From Candidatus Latescibacterota bacterium (GTDB lineage Bacteria > Latescibacterota > UBA2968 > UBA8231): a DNA stretch of 64,000 nucleotides. The DNA is taken from positions 5,120,001 through 5,184,000 of the forward strand of contig OZ253462.1 of NCBI GenBank assembly GCA_965261395.1. Direction: 5' to 3'. Each line of letters opens with the position of its first letter. The stretch's first letter is position 1. This document shows, piece after piece, positions 36,769-46,430 of the stretch. Below the pieces are notes generated by a model. It ran no database searches and was not told the origin of the DNA. It was given only the letters and a program-made list of their open reading frames with translations. Made by a program: the position numbers and the translations under genes.

Positions 36769-39700
36769 AGAAGGCCAGCGACTCGACCCAAGACGGGCTC
36801 GGCGCTATACTCCCCGTCCCTATTTCCAATACACCCCAGTCGGCGCAAAAATTCCACAGCCGCCTTGCAGCCCTCTGGAGTGAGAGGCGGATCCCCTTCA
36901 ATCAAATCCCCCAAAGTCTCTAAATCCGCATCTGAGACTTTGTCGCACTCAACTAGCGTCTTTAATACTCGGAAAGGCTCCGCCTGAGCATCCAGCCCGA
37001 CCTGCTGTAACAACTTATAACCTAACTCCGACCTTGGCTGGTCCATCTCCTCGACCAGCATTTCTGCATAAGATCGAGGATCATCATCGACGGCGCACCG
37101 GCGTAAAAGGTCGTCCAGCAAGAAAGGCCATCCCCCAGTAGCTTTCAGCACCTTCTGGCAGACCTCGGACGAATCCAGCTTACCGGCTTGGTTCAACCGC
37201 TGCTGAATTCCCACTTCGTCCCAGCGACGCAGATAAATTGGGTCAGCCCGGTTTTCCAGATCGGTCCGCCGGTCCGCAGGCAACTTCAGCCAAGCCCAAA
37301 CAGCCTCTGGATTGAGAAAGAAAACCACCTGCAGGGGCCGTCTTCGCCTTTGGTTAAAGTCTTTGCACTTCTCCAATACTTTCCAGACGCATTGGGCCAT
37401 ATCGCCCCCTGTGCCCCTGAGCCGGCCATAGGCCAATACCTGCTCGATCCCTTGTTGCTTTTGGGCGTGGGAATCCAACCACGCACAGGTCCGATTGGCT
37501 TGGGTCAATTCTTGGGCAGGGATCTCACTTCCCCGCTTTAAGGCTTGGTCTAGCAACTCCAGCCCCAATGCTTGGGAGCCAAAGATTAAACTCACGCCGG
37601 ACGACCGAGTTTGTTGCAAACGGCCTTCCTGCACTAGCGTTAAGGGGCTGTACAGACGGTTCTCGGCATCTAGCAACAAATGCTGACTGTCGGATTGGGA
37701 TTGGGTCGGCTGAGATTTATCAGACAGCTCTAGCAAACGGTTCTCTATATCCTTCTCGGTACCCATGAGACGGACCAGATTGGGACTGCGCAACAGGTAC
37801 CGGTTTTCTAAATTGCGTACCAATATGCCCAGACCAACCATTTCTCCCAGCAACCCTCTCAAACTTTCGGTATCGACTTCTTTGAAGCCTTGAGACCACC
37901 ACTCTTGCGCTAGTTTGAGGAGTTCGGCCACGCTAAATGGGCGGACATAGCTATCGCGCGTCTCTTTTTGCTCACAGATCATGGCCCAAGCGATGCACTG
38001 ATACCGGGGGTCCAGTGCCAAGGTCCAGTCGAGCCGTTCCCGAATGACCTGCCGAGCTGATGGGGAGCGATATACCGCCTCCACATCATCCGATCTCACT
38101 TCATAGGGCGGTCCCGACGAGGGCCTTTTGGCTTGGAGCCGACGCACGAGTTCATGGCAGAAGTACTGTATCAAACCCGGATGGTAATTGGTGTAGGACA
38201 GGACTTTGAGCACCGTGGTCTCATCGACGAACCGATAGCCCAATGCCCTTAGGGGATCCCGCACCAACTGCCGGGCCGGCCTAGCTTCGAGGGGCCCCAC
38301 CAGTAGGTTCTGGCCGAAATGGGCCAGAGGCTGGTTCGCGATATTGTTAAAACGCTGAACGTCGTGCAGACCAGTAAAGACCACCTTGAAGCGCGATTGA
38401 GTATCCTGCATCAAGGTTCGCAAGCCGTTGACCACTTGGAAACCTTCCCGAGCATCGGCGTTGAGAAAGTGGTCGGCTTCGTCAAACATTACTAGAACTT
38501 TCCGTTGGGGAGACTCAGTGATCGCGTTCTTGATGTGTTTGATGATATTGTCAGGTTGAGTCGCCTTTATACTGTCTTTTATCAGCGAGAGTTTCTTAAA
38601 ACCATCGCGCAACTTGATCCACAACTGAACGGGCTGTTCGCCTGTAAGGGGATCTCCCACTAGCTTGATGTCCTCAACCCAAGCGAATTGCTCGCTGTCG
38701 GGCTGGTGAAATTCGCGCTCCACTTGGCGCAACAGTGCGGATTTTCCCAACTGTCGCCCGCCGAATACGATGCAGCTACCCTCGTTTTGTAGTTGACGGA
38801 CCATCGCGTCGCGGCCGTAGTATATTTCAGGCGGTACATTTCCCGCTTGGAACGGCGTATAGGGATTGAGGGCAGAATAGGGCAAGCTACAACGCAGGAA
38901 AGCTGGAAGGCGGGTGTCGTCAGACTTGGCCAAAAATACCAGCAGGATTTCGTCTAGTACCACTATAGCCAATTCCCGTTCTCTGGCCTGGGCGGCTATG
39001 TCGCGTCGCCGCCGGTCGGTCAATCGCCCAAGAAAAAAAATAATAACCGTCTTAGTATCTAGTCCTAAGTCGTGCAAAAACGCTCCGATGGAGGCAGCTC
39101 CAGGTTGTTCCCATAAACACACCACATTGTAGCAGCCGCTGGCTTGCGAGCCCAACTGCGGGATGGGCCGAGCCAAGTCGCTGGCCGAGGCATCCACCTG
39201 ACAGTAGAGCCCATCTTGGCCGGACCTCTTGAGGCGCACGACTGATTCTCCCTCCGGCAGATGAAAACCGAGGTAAGCCAGCAGGACTGGGATATGCCGA
39301 TGGGCTGCCTTTGACTGGCCCTGTTGGCGTTTGAGTTGGTGCCAAGCTTTAAGTGCCTTGGCTGCCTCGTCCCGGCGTGCTTGGGGCAATGTGCCAAACG
39401 GCACACCTTCCCACGTTTGGCCTTGCTCAATCATACCGGCCAATTGATTGACATTCCCCAAGCTGCTAAGCCCCGATTCGATGCTAGGAAAAGCCTCTTG
39501 GAACTCCTTAAAGATGTCTCGCTCGTCAGGTGGGACAAACCACTCGCTCTCGCCTCGGAGGATTTCCCGCAAACGGACCAAGCCTTCTTCCACTACCATA
39601 GTATCGCGCTGATCGAAAGCTCTTTGAATAAAGGCTTCCACGGCGTCAAGTTGATCCGCTTGGGACGATTGCGCTAGATCTTGCCGCATATCCGTCCATT

Positions 39701-42050
39701 GATCCTCCAACTCTTGCAGTCGGTCTGCGAGCTTTTGTTCCAATTGCTGTCCAATATCATTTAACCGCCCGAACAGAGGTCCGAAGCACAAAGGATCTTC
39801 AACAGCCACTAGTTCCAATTCAGTAGTGAGACCGGCGCGCTCTTCTTCAAAGAGCAACCCATCCACCACCCTCTGTTCGATAGCCCCCTTCACTTCGTTG
39901 ACTCGGTCCGCTAGCGCCGCCCGGACACCCTTGAGATTATCGTCGTTTAGGTCTTCGATCTCTCGGCGATCTTCATCGTTCTCCAACGCATTCCACAATA
40001 CGTCGGTGAAGCGAAAATCCTGGCTTTCAATCCGCAGGATGCAAGCCTCGCGGGGAGAGCGTCCCACAGCCAGAGATTGACGCAAGGCCTCAGCAATATT
40101 GGCCCTATAGGCCTCTTCAGGATGGCCCTCTTCGTCGAGGGGGATTTCGGGCATCCACAACAGGCGGCGGGCTAAAGCCTCCTCCAGTGAGCCATTTTCG
40201 CGCTTCATCCATACCTCGAGGTCTTCAATATCGGGCTGCTCCTCTATGCCTAGCATACCTGTTACTTGGCCTATGGCCCGCTGCAGAACACGGCCCAAAG
40301 CGGCTTTTTCCTGGGGTTGGTCCTGCGCCTGCATTTGCTCGAGTTCGGCATTGACGGCGGGGAGGACATCCTGTACTTGGCGGCGCAAATCCTTTACATG
40401 ATCGCTCCACCAGTCGCCCTTGTAATGGGGGTCCTGTTTCTGCGCAATCAGGGAACACCAGCGGTGGGCCAGACCGACGGCCTCTTCGACACTGCGCACC
40501 AATTGATCACGAGGAACCCCTGTGATTGGTCTGGATGGGCGGGCAGATGTCCGCTCTTGGTCAATCTGGCGGATGAGTTCTACAATCTGCTTGCGCTCCT
40601 TGAAACCGCTCATGCACTGCCGGACCTGATCGACTTGGTCGGCCTGATTTTCAATTACCGGAGTGAGTAGGCGGGTCAAGTCGCCATCTTGGTCCACCAA
40701 GCGGTGCAGTACGTTTGTCGCCCTTAGCATTTTTAGCTTACGGTCCTGATTATTCTTTAAGAGGCGGAGGGCTTGCTCAATGGTTTCTTCGATGCCCTTC
40801 TCGCGAGTTTCCATGCCTTCGGCCCCCTTTAGATCTTCGGCCCGCAAGGGATAGCCCGCTGACGCAAAGGTGCGGACGGCATCGGCAAGCGTACCCAGCG
40901 CGGGATTGATTTCATCCCTTTGAGGGAGCCAGCCGACCAAACCGGTGCACTGCGGGGCAACCAAACTAGGGCGTAGGGCCGCAGCCAACCCCAGCAACCG
41001 CTCGGAAGTAGTATTTTGGGGAGCCCACTCCGAAGCAATTTGCAGGATATCGAAGACCAAACTGTCGGTATCGTTTTTCAACCAGCGCGACCCCTGAAGC
41101 ACGGCAAGCAATTCGGGGGCGACCAGTACGTCGCGGCCCGCTACTTTCAAGGAGCTAGCTAGCCAGTAGGCTCCGGCCCAATCCCCTTCGGCCAAGAGGC
41201 TCCACCCCAACGATACCCAGTGTTCATCGGAATCGTCTTCTTGCAACAGGAGTGCCACATCCCGGACCGAGCGCAAGGGCAGCGGCTTTCCGTCAGGGAG
41301 CTGAGGTTCAGGTGGGGTAGTCTGGATGTGCGTTGGCTCGTGCTCTTCAGACTGGGGTAAGGGTTCAGGCTTGGCTTCTTCCTCGGGAGAGCTGGACTCC
41401 TCTTGGGGAACCTCTGCAGATGGGCTGACGTCTTCTTCGGCTTTTTGCTCTTGATCGGAATCAGGGGAATCACTAGAAGGGCCTTGTCCGGGACTAGTCG
41501 GTTCCGGGGAAGGTTGATCACCCTCTTCGGTATCTTCATCCAAAATCTGTGGAGGCTCCGGGGTGGTCGCGGAAAAATCTTGGTCGAGTTGTTTCAACAG
41601 TGCGCTGATCTCAGCTTCCACGGCATCCAAGTCCGTTCGATGCTTTCTGGCTTCCTGGTAATTTTGGGGGTGTTGCTGGGTCAAAGTTTGGCGTTGGTCC
41701 AGTTGTGCCAGCAGGTTCTCCACCGTCTTCGTCCGCTCGGGAACCCACTTGATGGGACAGCGGGTCGCTTGCCAGTGAGCTAGATCAGAGTTATCGAAAT
41801 TAAAAAACGCGAGAGTTTCCTCGTGATTTTTCCGCAATTGATCGAGGGTCTGCTGGAGTTGGAACCGCCCGGCCTCTTCTCGTTCTTGGCATTTCTGCTC
41901 AGCTATGAGCTGGACTTGGTCGATAAACCCTTGGACTTGAACTCCTTCCCATTCTGGAGCATCGGAAGGCCACTGACTCAATTCCTCAATCAAACTAGTC
42001 CACTGAGTATCTTGGAGGCTCTCCGTACTCTGTGTCTTTTCGTCGGACAT
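36765..42050 (-). CDS. Giant STAND-like P-loop ATPase (1761 aa)
   Basis: NPY..YYGR, Walker A GGRQLGKS, Walker B VLVMFDEAD, YHPGLIQ helical motif. Long helical/coiled-coil N-terminus. RBS GGAGGA. Confidence 0.8.
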   Translation of the reverse strand: MSDEKTQSTESLQDTQWTSLIEELSQWPSDAPEWEGVQVQGFIDQVQLIAEQKCQEREEAGRFQLQQTLDQLRKNHEETLAFFNFDNSDLAHWQATRCPIKWVPERTKTVENLLAQLDQRQTLTQQHPQNYQEARKHRTDLDAVEAEISALLKQLDQDFSATTPEPPQILDEDTEEGDQPSPEPTSPGQGPSSDSPDSDQEQKAEEDVSPSAEVPQEESSSPEEEAKPEPLPQSEEHEPTHIQTTPPEPQLPDGKPLPLRSVRDVALLLQEDDSDEHWVSLGWSLLAEGDWAGAYWLASSLKVAGRDVLVAPELLAVLQGSRWLKNDTDSLVFDILQIASEWAPQNTTSERLLGLAAALRPSLVAPQCTGLVGWLPQRDEINPALGTLADAVRTFASAGYPLRAEDLKGAEGMETREKGIEETIEQALRLLKNNQDRKLKMLRATNVLHRLVDQDGDLTRLLTPVIENQADQVDQVRQCMSGFKERKQIVELIRQIDQERTSARPSRPITGVPRDQLVRSVEEAVGLAHRWCSLIAQKQDPHYKGDWWSDHVKDLRRQVQDVLPAVNAELEQMQAQDQPQEKAALGRVLQRAIGQVTGMLGIEEQPDIEDLEVWMKRENGSLEEALARRLLWMPEIPLDEEGHPEEAYRANIAEALRQSLAVGRSPREACILRIESQDFRFTDVLWNALENDEDRREIEDLNDDNLKGVRAALADRVNEVKGAIEQRVVDGLLFEEERAGLTTELELVAVEDPLCFGPLFGRLNDIGQQLEQKLADRLQELEDQWTDMRQDLAQSSQADQLDAVEAFIQRAFDQRDTMVVEEGLVRLREILRGESEWFVPPDERDIFKEFQEAFPSIESGLSSLGNVNQLAGMIEQGQTWEGVPFGTLPQARRDEAAKALKAWHQLKRQQGQSKAAHRHIPVLLAYLGFHLPEGESVVRLKRSGQDGLYCQVDASASDLARPIPQLGSQASGCYNVVCLWEQPGAASIGAFLHDLGLDTKTVIIFFLGRLTDRRRRDIAAQARERELAIVVLDEILLVFLAKSDDTRLPAFLRCSLPYSALNPYTPFQAGNVPPEIYYGRDAMVRQLQNEGSCIVFGGRQLGKSALLRQVEREFHQPDSEQFAWVEDIKLVGDPLTGEQPVQLWIKLRDGFKKLSLIKDSIKATQPDNIIKHIKNAITESPQRKVLVMFDEADHFLNADAREGFQVVNGLRTLMQDTQSRFKVVFTGLHDVQRFNNIANQPLAHFGQNLLVGPLEARPARQLVRDPLRALGYRFVDETTVLKVLSYTNYHPGLIQYFCHELVRRLQAKRPSSGPPYEVRSDDVEAVYRSPSARQVIRERLDWTLALDPRYQCIAWAMICEQKETRDSYVRPFSVAELLKLAQEWWSQGFKEVDTESLRGLLGEMVGLGILVRNLENRYLLRSPNLVRLMGTEKDIENRLLELSDKSQPTQSQSDSQHLLLDAENRLYSPLTLVQEGRLQQTRSSGVSLIFGSQALGLELLDQALKRGSEIPAQELTQANRTCAWLDSHAQKQQGIEQVLAYGRLRGTGGDMAQCVWKVLEKCKDFNQRRRRPLQVVFFLNPEAVWAWLKLPADRRTDLENRADPIYLRRWDEVGIQQRLNQAGKLDSSEVCQKVLKATGGWPFLLDDLLRRCAVDDDPRSYAEMLVEEMDQPRSELGYKLLQQVGLDAQAEPFRVLKTLVECDKVSDADLETLGDLIEGDPPLTPEGCKAAVEFLRRLGCIGNRDGEYSAEPVLGRVAGLL

Positions 42051-42197
42051 ATCATATCCTCAATTCTATGTCTATTTGGTTTTCGGGTTGGAGTATAAAA
42101 AGAAATGGTATTTGCCCGTAAGATAGTCTGTCTGGTTTCGGGGATGTTCCCTCGACCCGGAGAGCTTCCTGCGGGTATACAATCTCTTCCATTTGGC

Positions 42198-43706
42198 TCA
42201 ATTCAGATGGTGGCCGATGGAGCGGCTTATCTCGTCGTAGCTCAACCCCCGCTCGTGGATCTCGGCGACTTCGTGGACGATCTGCTTTTCCTTAAAGACG
42301 AGGATCCTTCCCGCCAAGCCGATGATCTCCGGCATGTCCGACGAGATCAAAATGATGGCCTTGCCTTCTTTGGCCGCCAAATCCCACAGCAAGTGGTGGA
42401 TCTGTGCCTTGGCTTGGATATCCACCCCGACGGTCGGCTCATCGACGATCAGGATATCGCACTCGGCCGCCAGCCACTTGCCCAAGCTAACTTTCTGCTG
42501 ATTGCCGCCGCTGAGGTGGTTTACCTCCTGCTCTAGGCCGGTGGTGCGAATATCCAGCGCCGCGACCAACTCCTGCGCGGCTTTGGTCTCCGCCCGGGCG
42601 TCGATCCGGCGGGTGAACTTGCCGACGATCCGCTCCCATATCGTAATGCCGAGATTGGTCCGCACGGCTGAGTCCAGCAGCAGGCCCTCTTCTTTGCGGT
42701 TTTCGGTTACGTAACCCATGCTGTATTTGTACAGGCTGTCGGCCACCGAGCCGATCCGCGCTTTGGCTCCGTTGATATAGACGGCCCCGCGCTCGGCCTG
42801 CTCAGCCCCCACCAGCAGCCGCGCCAGCTCGGTGCGCCCGGCCCCCACCAAGCCGTACAAGCCCAAAATCTCGCCAGCGTAGAGCGAAAAGCTCACGTCG
42901 TGTGCTCGGTCCGCTGCGTACAGCCCCTCGACCCTGAGCACCTCCCGCTCCCGATCCACTGCTGGCCTGCCAAACGAAGTCGTCTCCGCGCGACGGCCGA
43001 TCATCATCTCAATAAGCTCGGCGCGCGGCAGCCCAGCCAATTCCCTCGTGCCCACGTGTCGCCCGTCCCGCAATACGCTGACTTGGTCGGCGATCTGATA
43101 GACCTCGTCGAACTTGTGCGAGACAAAGACGATGGCCACGCCCGTCTCCTGCAACTGACGCAAAATGCCAAAGAGGCGGGCCGCTTCGTGCTCAGTAAGC
43201 GACGACGTCGGCTCGTCTAACAGCAGAACCCGTGCCTCGGCCGACAGCACCCGAGCGATCTGCACGAGCTGTTTGTGGGCCGCGCTTAAATCGCCAATGG
43301 GCGCTTGCGGGTCAACGTCCAGCCCGATCCGCGCCATCGCGGCCCGCGCTTGGTCGCCGAGCCGTGGCCAGTCGAGGCGGCCCCACCGGCTGAAGGCGTC
43401 TAGCTTGTCGAGCATGATATTCTCGGCGACGCTGGCCTCAGCCACTACTTGGATCTCCTGATGGACGAGGCCAATGCCTTGGTCGAGGCAGTCGCGACAG
43501 TTGCGCACGCGCAGCGACGCGCCGTTGAAGAGCATCCGCCCGGCGTCGGGCTGGTATATTCCGGTGACAATTTTGAGCAGGGTGCTCTTGCCAGCGCCGT
43601 TTTCGCCAACTAGGGCGTGGATCTGGCCCGGCTGGAACGAGAGCGACACGTCGTCCAGTGCTCGGACGCCGGGGAAACGCTTGCTGATGGATTGCAGTTC
43701 GAGCAC
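42198..43706 (-). CDS. CUT2 sugar ABC transporter ATP-binding protein (RbsA-like)
   Basis: GENGAGKST, LLLDEPT, LSGGNQQKV, DEPTVGVD. Confidence 0.95.
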   Translation of the reverse strand: MLELQSISKRFPGVRALDDVSLSFQPGQIHALVGENGAGKSTLLKIVTGIYQPDAGRMLFNGASLRVRNCRDCLDQGIGLVHQEIQVVAEASVAENIMLDKLDAFSRWGRLDWPRLGDQARAAMARIGLDVDPQAPIGDLSAAHKQLVQIARVLSAEARVLLLDEPTSSLTEHEAARLFGILRQLQETGVAIVFVSHKFDEVYQIADQVSVLRDGRHVGTRELAGLPRAELIEMMIGRRAETTSFGRPAVDREREVLRVEGLYAADRAHDVSFSLYAGEILGLYGLVGAGRTELARLLVGAEQAERGAVYINGAKARIGSVADSLYKYSMGYVTENRKEEGLLLDSAVRTNLGITIWERIVGKFTRRIDARAETKAAQELVAALDIRTTGLEQEVNHLSGGNQQKVSLGKWLAAECDILIVDEPTVGVDIQAKAQIHHLLWDLAAKEGKAIILISSDMPEIIGLAGRILVFKEKQIVHEVAEIHERGLSYDEISRSIGHHLN

Positions 43707-43709
43707 GGA

Positions 43710-44723
43710 TCAGCGCGGCGGGCTAAGATATTTAGTCTCTAACTCGCCCATAATCCGCGTGGTGATGGCCATGATTTCGTCCTCGAAGGTATCGACGTTA
43801 TCCTTGGTCACCAGCACTGTGCCCGAGTTGACGAAGTAGTGGTCGGGATTGGCCTGCCAGCCGTCGAGCAAGTAGCTCAACAGCGCGCACGTGATGTAGC
43901 CGTGGCCATAGGGGTTTTGCGAGATAGTCGCGTCGATGGCCCCCTCGCCGATCGCGTCGAGTACCACCGGGTCCGTGTCGATGCCGACGAAGTGGATGCG
44001 CTTGTTATCCGGGGTTTGGTTCCACTCCGACAGAATGGTCGCCGCGGCCACGGTCGGCGTGTACCCCGTGCAAATCACGCCGTCGATCTCCTCGATCCGT
44101 GCCGAGAGCGCGCCCTGGATTTTGGCGGTGCTGGTCTCAATCGACTCCATGCCGGCAATTTCCTGGATGATCTGGACCGCTGGGTATTTGGCCACCGCCG
44201 CCTCGACGCCTTCTTTGCGCAGGATGGTGTTGGGGTCTTCGACCAATTCGAGCACGTTGAGGATGCTGCCTTTGCCGCCCATAAAGCCGATCAGCGCCTC
44301 GGTGGCCTCCATCGCCGCCTGTTTTACATCGGTCGCCACGCAAAATGAAGCGGGCGTCGGCAGCGTCGTCGGCGCTCCATAGCTGACGACATAGGCCCCG
44401 TGTTGCACCAATTCCTCGTAGAGTCCGTTGGCGGCGCTGGCGTCGGCTGGGTAGAGCGAGAAGGCTTTGTAGCCTTGGGCGGCCAGTGGCTCGACATTGG
44501 CGTTTTCGTTGTCCTGGGTCCAAGTCTGGCCGATCTGGCGCTTGATCTTGGTGCCGGTGTCGCGCTCGTAGCCGATCACCCCTTTTTGTACCTGTTCGAC
44601 ATAGGGATGCACCATCAGGGCATACCAGACGATTTTTTTCTCCGTGGGCTTGTCGCCAGATTCGCCAGACCCGCCGCACCCGACGGCAACGAGCGCGGCG
44701 ATCCAAATTAGTAGCAAACGCAT
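43710..44723 (-). CDS. Sugar ABC transporter substrate-binding lipoprotein
   Basis: Lipobox AVGC, ATISQNPYGHGY, VTKDNVD. Confidence 0.9.
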   Translation of the reverse strand: MRLLLIWIAALVAVGCGGSGESGDKPTEKKIVWYALMVHPYVEQVQKGVIGYERDTGTKIKRQIGQTWTQDNENANVEPLAAQGYKAFSLYPADASAANGLYEELVQHGAYVVSYGAPTTLPTPASFCVATDVKQAAMEATEALIGFMGGKGSILNVLELVEDPNTILRKEGVEAAVAKYPAVQIIQEIAGMESIETSTAKIQGALSARIEEIDGVICTGYTPTVAAATILSEWNQTPDNKRIHFVGIDTDPVVLDAIGEGAIDATISQNPYGHGYITCALLSYLLDGWQANPDHYFVNSGTVLVTKDNVDTFEDEIMAITTRIMGELETKYLSPPR

Positions 44724-44738
44724 GCAGGCTGTCTCCTT

Positions 44739-46430
44739 TTAAGGTTTCTCAATATAACCAGATAACCATCCCTGCGCCCCTTGAGCCAATACCCGCTTTG
44801 GCCTGCCTTGCCGTCCGACCCCCAAAGCCACAAGAGACGCCGCCCAGCGCGTCTCGCAGTCGGCAATTTGGTCGGCTGAGCGCGCGCGGGGGAACACTTT
44901 AACTTGCCCGGGGGCGACGAGGCGGACATTGGGCTGGAAGCACTCTACATAACCGGCCGGCGGCGTGCGCTCGTGGGCCATCATGCGCTTGGCTGCCGGC
45001 TCGGGGGGCGTGCGGGCGATGACGTAGTCGTTGAGGCCGTGGATGTCGAGGATGTTGATGTGGGGCAGGTGCCAGGCCGGGATGCCGATGGCGGGAAAGA
45101 AAAAAACCGGATGGTCGGCCGAAGGCAGAAACTGACCCTGAGCACGCGGCGGGAACATCCCGGTGAGGAACTGCGCATTGGCTTTGTGTTCTTGGTGGCG
45201 GATGCAGACAAAGCGGTCGATGAGCCAGTATTGCAGATCGTCAAAAGCAGCGGCGTACCAGCGGATTGGAGCGGGAAAGTGAGGGGCCACAGGCACTTTG
45301 AGTTGCAAGGTCTGGCCGCGGCTGGTGATGTCGCGAGTCTGGGACCAATGGATCCAAGGAATCGGCCAGGAGAGCACCACCGCGAGGCCGAGGGCAGCAA
45401 GCGCTTTTTTTGGTTGGACTCCCACGGCGTTTAAGCACCACGCAAAGGCGAGGTAGCACAAAGGCACCAAGTGCGCGTAGATCCGGTACTCAAAGTGGTC
45501 GCCGCCGTGAACGAACGTGTAGTACGCAGCGTGTCCGCACAGTGTAAGCGCGGCCAGCAGCCCATGCCAAGACGGCCTGAGCACCTCCTTCTTTTTCCAT
45601 AGCACATAGACCAAAAGCAGACCCCACGTCCACAAGGCGTATTCGAGGGCAAAAGAGAGCGCGTAGCGGAGGCCGCTGGCCGGCCAAGCTCCGACAGCTT
45701 TGGCGTAGTAGGTATTGGGCAGCCATTCGCCGTAGAAGCTCTGACGCCAGATCAGATGCAGTGGCGCGACCAGCAGGGGCAGAGCTTGGGTGAGCCGCCC
45801 AGCGGGATAGCAGCCGGTGCGCCAAGCCCACAAGAGCGCGACAGCCGTGGCACCGAGGAAGAGCAGACCATCGGGCCGCGTCAGATAGATACCAGCGGCA
45901 GCGGCGGAAATGGCTAAAGGCCATCTTTGGTGGCTAGGAGCAACAAAAGCGCAAGCGTAGGTCCAAGCGAGCACCAAGCAACCAAACAGCGCCGTTTCCA
46001 AGCCCGAACTGCTCCAAGCCAAAAAGGTGCGGTTGGTAGTCACCGCGAGCAGCAAGAGGGAGAGGAAGACCAAGCGATAGGGGCGCAGCCCAGGCGACCA
46101 AGGCAAGCGCAGCAGCATCTGTGAAGCGATGTACAGCGAGCACAGCGCAAAGCACAGGGCGAGATAGTTGGCCGCCTCGGGAGGGTCAACGCCCAAGATC
46201 TGCCAAACCCCATAGAGCAGGGCGATCCACAGAAAATTGGTGTAGCCTTCAACCGGACGAAACGGGGGCGGGTTCCACACCGGGCCGTAGCCCAAAGCCC
46301 AGTTGCTTATGTAGCGGAAGGAAATGTAGGCATCGTCGGTGAGGAACCAGTACAGTTTCCAGCCATAGCAGAGCACGGCACCAGCTAACAGCAGGAGCAA
46401 AGCGTAGAGCAGGCGTTGGCGCTGGTTCAT
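44739..46430 (-). CDS. GT-C membrane glycosyltransferase (arabinofuranosyltransferase-like)
   Basis: DDAYISFRY..GPVWN..VEGYTNFLW, SGLET, TRPDG, PNTYYAK, many TM segments. ATGA-coupled start. Confidence 0.75.
   Translation of the reverse strand: MNQRQRLLYALLLLLAGAVLCYGWKLYWFLTDDAYISFRYISNWALGYGPVWNPPPFRPVEGYTNFLWIALLYGVWQILGVDPPEAANYLALCFALCSLYIASQMLLRLPWSPGLRPYRLVFLSLLLLAVTTNRTFLAWSSSGLETALFGCLVLAWTYACAFVAPSHQRWPLAISAAAAGIYLTRPDGLLFLGATAVALLWAWRTGCYPAGRLTQALPLLVAPLHLIWRQSFYGEWLPNTYYAKAVGAWPASGLRYALSFALEYALWTWGLLLVYVLWKKKEVLRPSWHGLLAALTLCGHAAYYTFVHGGDHFEYRIYAHLVPLCYLAFAWCLNAVGVQPKKALAALGLAVVLSWPIPWIHWSQTRDITSRGQTLQLKVPVAPHFPAPIRWYAAAFDDLQYWLIDRFVCIRHQEHKANAQFLTGMFPPRAQGQFLPSADHPVFFFPAIGIPAWHLPHINILDIHGLNDYVIARTPPEPAAKRMMAHERTPPAGYVECFQPNVRLVAPGQVKVFPRARSADQIADCETRWAASLVALGVGRQGRPKRVLAQGAQGWLSGYIEKP

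Noticed and set aside
28170-42276. Integron cassette array, prophage or IS-based island
   Set aside because: No integrase, transposase, phage genes or recurring attC-like sites seen; the repeats are gene-end duplications.
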